The notes beneath the pieces are model-generated. The model made no database searches. It worked only from the letters and a program-made list of their open reading frames with translations, and was not told the origin of the DNA. The position numbers were made by a program, and so were the translations under genes. From NCBI GenBank assembly GCA_003599255.1, contig QZJF01000021.1, positions 2,287 to 66,286 on the forward strand: a stretch of 64,000 nucleotides of DNA, in the 5' to 3' direction. Each line of letters opens with the position of its first letter. Position 1 is the first letter of the stretch. The stretch is from a candidate division WWE3 bacterium. GTDB lineage: Bacteria > Patescibacteriota > WWE3 > UBA101185 > UBA10185. Of the stretch, positions 9,632 through 17,673 are shown piece after piece.

Positions 9632-11059
9632 TTATTCCGACACTAATTCATCAAAGGCATTCTTAAGTTTTTCGCGTTTATTTTCGTCTGCAATTATCGA
9701 TTCTATGTTTTTACTTAATTCAGCCTCAATCACAGGCAACTCAACATCTGCTAAATCAATTGTTTCCTGTGCCAATCTAGTAAGAAACTTGCCATACCTA
9801 GTGCTCTCCGGACGGTCGCTTGTATAGTATTCCATAAACAAATTTACTGTTTTTTTAATAGAATTAATTTTCGACACGAAGTCTTCCTCTGATTCACCAG
9901 GATTAAACTCAAGTGCCCTAAACTCGAGCCTGAAGGATTCTTCATTGTGTCCTTTGATATTTATGGGGACAGCATAGGCCCCCTGTAAAAGCCTTGCCTC
10001 TGATGAATATCTACCTCCCACAGCATATCCTAATACAGGAAGTGTATTTTCAAGCCTGGGATTCTCTTCGCTATTTTCGGCATCAAAACCAAGAGACTTT
10101 AATTCTGTTTCGCTTAAGGATACATTGACATGCATTGTATATCTCAGCATTGCTTCCTTAGGAGTGAACCCCATCTGTGTAAGTTGTTCGAGTATTTTGA
10201 ATTGTAGTAGGGGACTCTTAGACGGAGGAATGGCCGCCTCCCCCTGCTTGTCTGTTTCTATCGGAATCTCAAGACTCTCGAGAAGTTCCAAGTGTTCAGG
10301 AAAGAACACGTATTTCGCTGGCGAAACTCTTTTAGCGTTGAAGTGTCCTGTGTACGGAATTTCTACTTCACATCCTACGGACCTTTCTCCTTTATGTATC
10401 ACTTTTTCATTTTCGTATAATTGAGATGCTTCAAGAGTGACCTCTTTAATAATACTATCTGTCACCTCCCCGGTTCTTGACGCCATGGTTCTGTTCCATA
10501 AAGTGCTTAGGTAAAACGCTTGGATAGCCGGTAAGTCAAAATTTGATACGGTTTCATACAATTCCGGATCTTTCTCCATTTGAGACATCCATTGATTACC
10601 AAATTTTTCGACCTTCTCCGCGAGAAAAGTAGCTCTTTTTTCCATAGAGGATCTTCTGAGATTGTATTCATTGATTAAACCATTTATAAAAGGACTCGAT
10701 GAGGGTTTGTAATCTTTAGAGGTGCCTATATTGGATAAGTGCAGATTGTGCTCTTTGCCGGGGTATAAATATATGCTAACATTCGGAATGGTTGTTTTTC
10801 TCTCATTGTAAACTCTCAGAGGTTCTGATTCTACTCCTACGTCCAAATATTTATCACTTAACAAAAGTTTAATTTGATCCTCGGATAAATGATTTTCCAG
10901 GGTGGTATCCCCAATTGCTAGGGACTCGTCTCTCATACCTTTGTAATACAGGGAAGAGCTTGTTACGGTAGTTAAGAAATCTTCAACAGCAACTTCATCT
11001 TTGGATTTTTCTTGCTCTACCAACTCAGTAAGCTGTTCTTGAGAGACTTCATTTAACAT
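9632..11059 (-). CDS. hypothetical cytoplasmic protein
   Basis: 475-aa ORF, no TM segments, acidic; 10 nt downstream of the DUF2207-like gene, so probably co-transcribed. Confidence 0.6.
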   Translation of the reverse strand: MLNEVSQEQLTELVEQEKSKDEVAVEDFLTTVTSSSLYYKGMRDESLAIGDTTLENHLSEDQIKLLLSDKYLDVGVESEPLRVYNERKTTIPNVSIYLYPGKEHNLHLSNIGTSKDYKPSSSPFINGLINEYNLRRSSMEKRATFLAEKVEKFGNQWMSQMEKDPELYETVSNFDLPAIQAFYLSTLWNRTMASRTGEVTDSIIKEVTLEASQLYENEKVIHKGERSVGCEVEIPYTGHFNAKRVSPAKYVFFPEHLELLESLEIPIETDKQGEAAIPPSKSPLLQFKILEQLTQMGFTPKEAMLRYTMHVNVSLSETELKSLGFDAENSEENPRLENTLPVLGYAVGGRYSSEARLLQGAYAVPINIKGHNEESFRLEFRALEFNPGESEEDFVSKINSIKKTVNLFMEYYTSDRPESTRYGKFLTRLAQETIDLADVELPVIEAELSKNIESIIADENKREKLKNAFDELVSE

Positions 11060-11068
11060 AGTTAAATT

Positions 11069-12895
11069 CTACCAGCTACCGCCGCCTCCCCCTCCTCCGC
11101 CGCCTCCGGAAGATCCTCCCGAAGAACCACTGGAGCTTGTGGATGAGTACGACCTAACACTGCTGTTTAATGAACTTGAAAATGATGAGAAAGCCATGGA
11201 GTTATAAGTAGAACCCTCGTACCAATCGCTTTTTGTGAAGTTTATGTCCTTAAACTTTTCAGCCCAAATTTTTTCTACTCCAAAGGCGGTCGCATAAGGA
11301 AGGAGTTTCTCGAAAAACATCTGATTTTGGGCCTGAAAATCAAGTTGTTCACTTTGTGATTTGAGGAAATTTAATAGTGATTTTGCCTCGGAATATTTTT
11401 CAATTCCCAGATCAGTCCTAGGAGCGGATTTTCTTCCGAAAGCAAACGAAATAGCAGACATAATCGGATTAAGAAGGGTCAAAGATACAACACCAATTAC
11501 CGAAAAAAGTGAGTTTATAGTTTCAGGATTTCTCCTGAACAATCCTTTGGCCATCATATGTTCTCCTAGCTGCGTGTTGAAAAGTTGTACAACATTTGGG
11601 AAATTTGTAGAATTTTTAAGTGTTTTAATGTTTACTACATTAATGTCAGTAACTGCTCCGAACATTTGGGCTATTTCTTCCTGTTCCTTTTCATCAATCT
11701 TTCCATCAGACATCATGCCCTTAATTTTTCCCAGCTTAGAAGTGAATTTACCTAAATCCAGTTTCATTGCTTTGACATCACTAAAAAGACCCTTAAGTAA
11801 TGATTTTTCATAATTTTTTAGTGAAGGGTCGTTGAAATCTTTCAATTTTATAAAATCAAAATCGTTTTTGTTATGCACGACTATCTTTAAAAAACCCTTT
11901 TGTGCAAGTTGAATTATTGTTGCAGTTATTAAAGAACTCCCAGTAGATTTATTTAACAGAATACCGCTTTCTGCTGGAGTATATTCCGTTTTATCAGGAT
12001 TTTTAGGCGGACTAAACCACGCGGATAAAATCTTTTCTTTTGACTTTGTATTTTTCCAATCTTTAAACCAATACCAAAGCGTTATCAAAGGTGCCAGTAA
12101 TCCCCATGTTATTACCACAATGCTAACGATTAATAATCTGAAAGTCTGATAAATAGAATAAAGTTTGTCTAATCGCGGGGCTAGATATGAAGCAAATCCT
12201 TTTGGAAAGTTAACTACAATAGTCAGCCCTTCACCGAAATTAAGGGGATATTCTGTAAAAAACAAATAGCCGATACGCCCCTCGGAGGTAATACTTATAT
12301 TACAAAAACTTTGCGTACTCCCTGTACGGCCTGTATAGCAGGAGGCCTTTGTGTTAGGTCGCAGAGTGTCCGGTATATTTGCCGGTAAAAAAACACGGGC
12401 GGTTGCCTTGTTTATTGGCACATCCCATTCATTACCCGTTATATTCCAGTATAATTCGTCGAAATCATCAAAATATGTTAAAGCGCCTGCCACTTTATAC
12501 TTAATTACGTATTCGTGTGCACCTGAAATTAACTTATCAGGATCTCCTATTTTTATTTTTAATAAATCGGACGTTTTTGAGGTCTCAAACGTAATTTTCC
12601 TGTTGAATTCATCGGTTACAGATACATCTGTAAAATCAAGTATCAGCCGTTCGTTTTTGTCATTTGTTTTTAAGTAAGGAATAGTTCTGAAAATACCGTG
12701 TCTTGAGTCAGTTCCAAAATCGTATTTGATTGATTCTGTAACGAGTATATGACCTGTTTCCAAAATATTTATTTCTACGTCAAACGATTCTATGTGTTCA
12801 TAACCACTGTTTTGTGCTTTTAATTGGGTCGAAGAGGCCAGTGTAATTAGTATGGAAACTGTTAATAGTCGTATTATCTTGGGTAGTTTAGTCAT
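11069..12895 (-). CDS. DUF2207-like membrane protein
   Basis: N-terminal signal/TM, large extracytoplasmic domain, central TM pair, C-terminal tail SSGSSGGSSGGGGGGGGGGSW typical of DUF2207; start moved to MTKLPK (12895) because the longer ORF overlaps tRNA-Leu. Confidence 0.6.
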   Translation of the reverse strand: MTKLPKIIRLLTVSILITLASSTQLKAQNSGYEHIESFDVEINILETGHILVTESIKYDFGTDSRHGIFRTIPYLKTNDKNERLILDFTDVSVTDEFNRKITFETSKTSDLLKIKIGDPDKLISGAHEYVIKYKVAGALTYFDDFDELYWNITGNEWDVPINKATARVFLPANIPDTLRPNTKASCYTGRTGSTQSFCNISITSEGRIGYLFFTEYPLNFGEGLTIVVNFPKGFASYLAPRLDKLYSIYQTFRLLIVSIVVITWGLLAPLITLWYWFKDWKNTKSKEKILSAWFSPPKNPDKTEYTPAESGILLNKSTGSSLITATIIQLAQKGFLKIVVHNKNDFDFIKLKDFNDPSLKNYEKSLLKGLFSDVKAMKLDLGKFTSKLGKIKGMMSDGKIDEKEQEEIAQMFGAVTDINVVNIKTLKNSTNFPNVVQLFNTQLGEHMMAKGLFRRNPETINSLFSVIGVVSLTLLNPIMSAISFAFGRKSAPRTDLGIEKYSEAKSLLNFLKSQSEQLDFQAQNQMFFEKLLPYATAFGVEKIWAEKFKDINFTKSDWYEGSTYNSMAFSSFSSSLNSSVRSYSSTSSSGSSGGSSGGGGGGGGGGSW

Positions 12896-12901
12896 TTCTT
12901 C

Positions 12902-12989
12902 TGGTGGGCGGGACAGGACTTGAACCTGCAAGGGATTTAACTCCCACAACGACCTCAACGTTGCGCGTCTGCCATTTCGCCACCCGCCC
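12902..12989 (-). tRNA. tRNA-Leu (anticodon GAG)
   Basis: Class II tRNA with long variable arm; anticodon stem CAACG/CGTTG, loop UUGAGGU; T-loop GGTTCAAGTCC; CCA encoded. Confidence 0.8.
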
Positions 12990-13087
12990 GGGCGTAAATA
13001 TTATAACAGAAGCCATAAAAAACAATAAGCCTGAATTACTGTTAAATAAGTAATCCAGGCTAGGGTTTGGGACACTCAAAGAGTGTT

Positions 13088-13246
13088 CACTTTTCTCCCA
13101 CTCGCCTCCGGCTTGCATGAATATTTGCAAACATATGCCGGAAATTTCTGGCTACGACACCAATCAGTGAATTCTGCTTCTTGACTGATTTTTTAAAACC
13201 GTTGCGCGAGCCTTTATGCCCTTTCCGATTCTTAGAAGCCAACATA
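13088..13246 (-). CDS. candidate small basic protein (52 aa)
   Basis: ATG at 13246 with AAGGAG RBS 5 nt upstream; MLASKNRKGHKGSRNGFKKSVKKQ..., very basic; below the 60-aa ORF-track cutoff; lies between the two tRNA-Leu genes. Confidence 0.3.
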
Positions 13247-13312
13247 TTCTCCTTTCAGGATTGTTGAGATGACTTATTATTTATTAAGGGATAAAAAAGT
13301 TCAATATTTATT

Positions 13313-13398
13313 TGGTGCCAGAGGAGGGATTTGAACCCTCACACCCTTGCGGATACAGCCTCCTGAAGACTGCGTGTCTACCGTTCCACCACTCTGGC
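13313..13398 (-). tRNA. tRNA-Leu (anticodon CAG)
   Basis: Class II tRNA; anticodon stem CAGTC/GGCTG (one G-U), loop UUCAGGA; T-loop GGTTCAAATCC; CCA encoded. Confidence 0.8.
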
Positions 13399-13468
13399 AT
13401 TCAAGGTGTATTTTACTTATTATTAGTGATTATAGCAATTCATTTAGTCTGATATACTTATTGATAAC

Positions 13469-14086
13469 ATGAACATAATAAGCAGAGTATTTCCATATCA
13501 TCACTTTAGAATAAGTAACAAAGCCATTAAAATCCTTACCCTGTCAGACACTTTATTTTTTTCCGGAATGGCGTTGGTCGAGATAATTTTTGGTGTATTT
13601 ATAGTTCAAAATATTCCAGGTGCAACGGTAGTGGAACTGGGAATAGGACATTCCATTTTTTTGGTTGGAATTGTACTAACTGAACCATTATTTTCAAAAT
13701 TTTATGATTCTGCAAAGAATTTAGAATCGTCATATTACGGTTTTGTAATAGGCAATCTACTCAAATCCGTAATGCGTCTTCTTTTTATAGTCATTGATAG
13801 TGTTCCAATGTTTTACATCGTATATTTCATAATGGGAATAATTCACTCCATTGAGTATCCGTCGTTTGCAAAACTCTTCACAAAACACCTGGATAGCGGC
13901 AGAGAATCGTCCGAATGGGGTTATAAAGACTCTCTAATGTCAACAGGAAAGGTATTAACAACATTTCTCAGCGGATACATTGTGGTGAGTTTGGGTTACC
14001 AGTTTCTTTTTCTACTTTCTTCATTAATAATGCTCATTTTTGGAGTTCTCACTCCCCTATACTACAAAAAAGAAATCCTTGGATAA
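13469..14086 (+). CDS. hypothetical polytopic membrane protein (possible transporter half)
   Basis: 205 aa with about 6 hydrophobic helices. Confidence 0.55.
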   Translation: MNIISRVFPYHHFRISNKAIKILTLSDTLFFSGMALVEIIFGVFIVQNIPGATVVELGIGHSIFLVGIVLTEPLFSKFYDSAKNLESSYYGFVIGNLLKSVMRLLFIVIDSVPMFYIVYFIMGIIHSIEYPSFAKLFTKHLDSGRESSEWGYKDSLMSTGKVLTTFLSGYIVVSLGYQFLFLLSSLIMLIFGVLTPLYYKKEILG

Positions 14087-14118
14087 AAATTGGACACTGC
14101 ATGAACAGTTCCCAAAAA

Positions 14119-14196
14119 GGCTGCGACGACAGGATTTGAACCTGCAATCACTTGTTTTAAAGACAAGCGCTCTATCCGGGTTGATCTACGTCGCCG
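14119..14196 (-). tRNA. tRNA-like gene with anticodon UUA (tRNA-Sup-like or pseudo-tRNA)
   Basis: Class I cloverleaf: anticodon stem CTTGT/ACAAG with 7-nt loop CUUUAAA (positions 34-36 = UUA), T-arm GCAGG-TTCAAAT-CCTGT; but G1-A72 mismatch, one D-stem mismatch and a 3' end of GCC rather than CCA. Confidence 0.5.
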
Positions 14197-14277
14197 TTTT
14201 TAGATCTTTTTTTTCTGTACTCTCAGATTTAGCAAAGGCATATTATATTGAGGATAGTGAAAAATCAAGTAAAGGTA

Positions 14278-14353
14278 TGGTGAGGGCGCCGGGACTCGAA
14301 CCCGGGACCAAGGGATTAAGAGTCCCCTGCTCTGCCGCTGAGCTACGCCCCCA
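14278..14353 (-). tRNA. tRNA-Lys (anticodon CTT)
   Basis: GGGGGCGTAGCTCAGCGGCAGAGC ... loop CUCUUAA ... GGTTCGAGTCC ... ACCA. Confidence 0.85.
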
Positions 14354-14408
14354 TACGTGTTTGTATTATAATTAAAAAAGCACGATAAGTCATTGAAAGC
14401 CGAAAAAT

Positions 14409-15320
14409 ATGTTACCACAAGGTGAAATACCTGTATACGAACAAGAAAAAAACACTGAACTTAAGGATTCTTTAATTAAATCTTTGCAGGAGTCCGGAAC
14501 ACCAGAAGATCGTGTTGGAAGAATAATGGGCGTTGTCGAAACTCTTCTTGAGAACGACTTTCTCATAGATAAAATTTCCGAGGAAATTGTTGATGAACAA
14601 GAAGTTTGGAAGCACCGTTTAAGCCGGGACGATGTAACCAGACGTATTAGAGGATCTTTATTTGAAGAGTACGCACTGGCGTGTCGTCCCGAAGAGAAAA
14701 AACAATATGAAAATCTGGAGAGATTTTTGCTTTGGTCATTGAGAGATCCGCACATGTGGTTTATGGATTGGCATGACACAAGATTATTATCCGAAGAGGA
14801 AAAAACACAGCTAGAAGCTTACTTAGCTGCATATCCGACGAGTGAAGAATTGGAAACTTTATATCGTAATAATGATGCAATTTCTGTGAATATAAAAAAA
14901 GACGAGACTACAGGTAAAGAGGTTGCTGTAATTACCGGGGTGATTGAAGCTAAGAACCACAGAGTCTTCGGAAAAACACAGGATGCAAGACAAATGAGAA
15001 GCTCTCCGCAAATACTTCATGATACAGTCAAAAGGTATAAGGAGGCCTTCCCTTTAATAGTCAAAGGATTAGATTTGCAGGGAGAAATCCATATGCCTGA
15101 TGAAATTGACATTTTACCCATTGGACAGCTTGAATACACTATTGTGCAACCAGATGACGTAGAAGAAGACTACAGACGAAAACCGGTAAGCGCACAGTTT
15201 AGTGGTTGCAATTTTGAATATGTTCCTATATCAAGAAATGAAGTGGCTGTTTTGGCAGAAGTTCTTAAACAACATGTTTTGGACAGGCTTCCCGAAAAAA
15301 ATAAAAGACTTGTTATGTAA
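14409..15320 (+). CDS. hypothetical protein
   Basis: 303-aa acidic ORF followed by a hairpin terminator. Confidence 0.6.
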   Translation: MLPQGEIPVYEQEKNTELKDSLIKSLQESGTPEDRVGRIMGVVETLLENDFLIDKISEEIVDEQEVWKHRLSRDDVTRRIRGSLFEEYALACRPEEKKQYENLERFLLWSLRDPHMWFMDWHDTRLLSEEEKTQLEAYLAAYPTSEELETLYRNNDAISVNIKKDETTGKEVAVITGVIEAKNHRVFGKTQDARQMRSSPQILHDTVKRYKEAFPLIVKGLDLQGEIHMPDEIDILPIGQLEYTIVQPDDVEEDYRRKPVSAQFSGCNFEYVPISRNEVAVLAEVLKQHVLDRLPEKNKRLVM

Positions 15321-15337
15321 CTTAACAAAAACAAAAA

Positions 15338-15393
15338 ACCACCGGGAAGGACAGATGTAAAAAACACATCTTTTCGCATCACGGTGGTTTTTC
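15338..15393. terminator. bidirectional rho-independent terminator-like hairpin
   Basis: ACCACCG ... CGGTGGT stem with inner hairpin, flanked by A-run on the 5' side and T-run on the 3' side, between convergent genes. Confidence 0.5.
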
Positions 15394-15423
15394 CTATGTT
15401 GAAACAGTCAGGTGGCGAATCCG

Positions 15424-15786
15424 CTAGGAGTGGTTGGTGAACTCCAGGGCCTTGCGGATGTTATCAGCCGAGACGGCGTGCACTTGGGCGGTCGCCTTGG
15501 TGTCGTTGATCACTTTCTGGGCCTCGGCCAACTGGGTCTTCGCTGCGCGCAAAACCTTTTCGTATTCCTCAGTAGCCTTCAAAGCCTCTTCCTCAGCCTC
15601 CTGACGGAGTTTGTCTGCCTCGTTTTGTTCCTGCTCCAGGCGAACCCGGGCATTGTGAACGAGGGAGTCCATGGTGTGGCCGTTGGCAGCCAGAATTGTT
15701 TCTAGCGCATCCACGGGGATAACGGAATTCCCGGTAATGCGGACGGCCAGGCCGGTAAACATGCTTGTTTTTGCCTGAGTCTCCAT
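15424..15786 (-). CDS. hypothetical coiled-coil protein, GC-rich orphan
   Basis: 120-aa ORF with AAGGAG RBS; local GC ~55-58% against ~36% background; C-terminal charged coiled coil. Confidence 0.55.
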   Translation of the reverse strand: METQAKTSMFTGLAVRITGNSVIPVDALETILAANGHTMDSLVHNARVRLEQEQNEADKLRQEAEEEALKATEEYEKVLRAAKTQLAEAQKVINDTKATAQVHAVSADNIRKALEFTNHS

Positions 15787-15898
15787 TCTGAAATACTCCT
15801 TTTTCTGAACTGTTGATTATTATAGGACGGTTTGATGCAACTATTTTACACTATAGGCCGTTGTATTGTCAAGTCCTATGGGTTGGGTTATAAAAAAT

Positions 15899-15975
15899 TG
15901 GCGCCCCCAAGAGGATTCGAACCCCTAACCTCTCGGTCCGAAGCCGAGCGCTCTGATCCGTTGAGCTATGGAGGC
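15899..15975 (-). tRNA. tRNA-Arg (anticodon TCG)
   Basis: GCCTCCATAGCTCAACGGATCAGAGC ... stem CTCGG/CCGAG, loop CUUCGGA ... GGTTCGAATCC ... GCCA. Confidence 0.8.
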
Positions 15976-16050
15976 GTACGGTGTCATTATATTACAAAAG
16001 ATCTGAATTCACACAATTATTAGTGCAAAAACAATGTTAAAATCTATTAT

Positions 16051-16491
16051 ATGAACTCTAATCGATTAAGAATACTAACTTTTCTTTATATCGTGTCTCT
16101 AATATTCGGTTTCTTTTACGTCAGAAGCGCCCTTTCAGAAGGATCTATAGATGTAGAACAGGCAAGGGAAAAGGAAGTAGCAAAAGAAGTAAAGCCCGTA
16201 AAGGTCACCTTAATTGTTCAGGGTATTGGGGAACAAATATCATACACAAAAAGACTTAAAAATACCGACGCCCTCCTTGCTTTTCTCGAGACTGTGAGGA
16301 AAGAGGACGGTTTATTTTATGAAATTATTAGTTATACAGATGACACGGAAATTACAGATATAGGTAAGACTAGTACCCCAGAAGGTTATCAATGGCGGGT
16401 ATATATGGACGACATAGATGTCACAAATGAATTAGAGGATATCAATCTTGAAGACGATAGAATCTACTATCTGAAGTTAATAGAAAAATAG
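16051..16491 (+). CDS. secreted/membrane-anchored DUF4430-like protein
   Basis: N-terminal signal-anchor; C-terminal W.Y..D....L.DDRIY pattern resembling DUF4430. Confidence 0.45.
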   Translation: MNSNRLRILTFLYIVSLIFGFFYVRSALSEGSIDVEQAREKEVAKEVKPVKVTLIVQGIGEQISYTKRLKNTDALLAFLETVRKEDGLFYEIISYTDDTEITDIGKTSTPEGYQWRVYMDDIDVTNELEDINLEDDRIYYLKLIEK

Positions 16492-17673
16492 CTACTCATA
16501 TCGTAGTGCTTCGATAGGATCTTTTTTACTTGCTTTTATAGCTGGATACGTCCCAAAAATTACCCCTACAACAATTGAAAATAACAGAGACACAATCACT
16601 GACCACCATGGAACCTCGGCGTCAATAAATCTTTTTGATATAAAAGTTCCTAAAAAACCTAACGAAATACCAATCAAACCACCTCCCAAGCTTAATGTTA
16701 TAGCCTCAATCATAAACTGAAGACCAATGTTAGTTGGAGTTGCCCCAAGCGCTTTTCTTAAACCAATTTCTGATATTCTCTCGGTCACCGAAACAAGCAT
16801 AATGTTCATAATACCTATTCCTCCTACCAGTAATGAAATAGCCGCAACCGCTGCCAATCCGACAGACAAAATACCTAAAATCGAATCAATAGAGCTGAGA
16901 AGGTCCTTTTGAGAGAGAATTGTGAAGTCGTCTTTTTTTAACTCCTGAAGCATCGCAAGTTCTACTTTTTTTGTCCCCACATCTACATCCACATCGTCCC
17001 TTATTTTTACTGCCAGGTAGGCAATCTGGTCAAGATTGAGCACTTTTTTGGCGGTAGATAAAGGAATAACAATCAGTTCATCATAATCTGCACCCTTGGG
17101 TTCAACCACACCAATAACCCTAAATGAATGTCCGTCAATTTTTATCGACTCATCAATGGGATTTCTATTGACGAAGAGTTTCTTAAATACATCATGGCCT
17201 ATTACGGCAACTTTTTGTCCTGCTTTTTCCTCCGCCGCAGTAAAGTAGCGACCTTTGCTCAAACCAATATTGAATAAGTTACTAAATTCCTGGTTTGCCG
17301 CATTAATTGCCCCATAGTACTCTTTTGTTTTGTATGAAACCGTCATTCCGGCTGCTATGTATGGAGTTGACCCCTCTATATACTCGCCTGCGTACTGTTC
17401 AATCAAATCTATCTGGGATTCGTTTAATTTGTTATCGGTAAAAGCCTGTGCAGGGTCCTGATTTATCCCGCTTCTTCCTGCGGTTATAAACACTAAATTG
17501 CTCCCCAGCTCATCAAACTGATTTGTTATATAGTTTTGAACTCCTGTAACTAGTGCTACCAGGAGAATTACTGAAAATACACCAATTATTACTCCCAGCA
17601 TCGTAAGGAATGTTCTTACTTTATTTGATAATAAGGCTTTTTGTGCTGTATAAAATGTTTCAAGTAATTCCAT
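16492..17673 (-). CDS. ABC transporter permease, MacB/FtsX family (paralog 2)
   Basis: Same architecture as 17673-18854; GGIGIMNIMLVSVTERI motif conserved. Confidence 0.85.
   Translation of the reverse strand: MELLETFYTAQKALLSNKVRTFLTMLGVIIGVFSVILLVALVTGVQNYITNQFDELGSNLVFITAGRSGINQDPAQAFTDNKLNESQIDLIEQYAGEYIEGSTPYIAAGMTVSYKTKEYYGAINAANQEFSNLFNIGLSKGRYFTAAEEKAGQKVAVIGHDVFKKLFVNRNPIDESIKIDGHSFRVIGVVEPKGADYDELIVIPLSTAKKVLNLDQIAYLAVKIRDDVDVDVGTKKVELAMLQELKKDDFTILSQKDLLSSIDSILGILSVGLAAVAAISLLVGGIGIMNIMLVSVTERISEIGLRKALGATPTNIGLQFMIEAITLSLGGGLIGISLGFLGTFISKRFIDAEVPWWSVIVSLLFSIVVGVIFGTYPAIKASKKDPIEALRYE

Noticed and set aside
12888-13130. 80-aa minus-strand ORF
   Set aside because: Overlaps tRNA-Leu(GAG); the real small ORF candidate is in another frame at 13088-13246.
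14040-14418. ORFs 14040-14375 (+) and 14200-14418 (-)
   Set aside because: Both run through the UUA tRNA-like gene and tRNA-Lys(CTT); no RBS; spurious.
14390-14779. 129-aa minus-strand ORF antisense to the 303-aa gene
   Set aside because: Low-complexity Ser/Cys-rich translation, no RBS, fully inside a better-supported plus-strand gene.
15412-15705. 97-aa plus-strand ORF in the GC-rich segment
   Set aside because: Antisense to the more protein-like 120-aa minus ORF, which has an AAGGAG RBS; high GC inflates ORF length on both strands.
15832-16023. 63-aa plus ORF
   Set aside because: Overlaps tRNA-Arg on the opposite strand.
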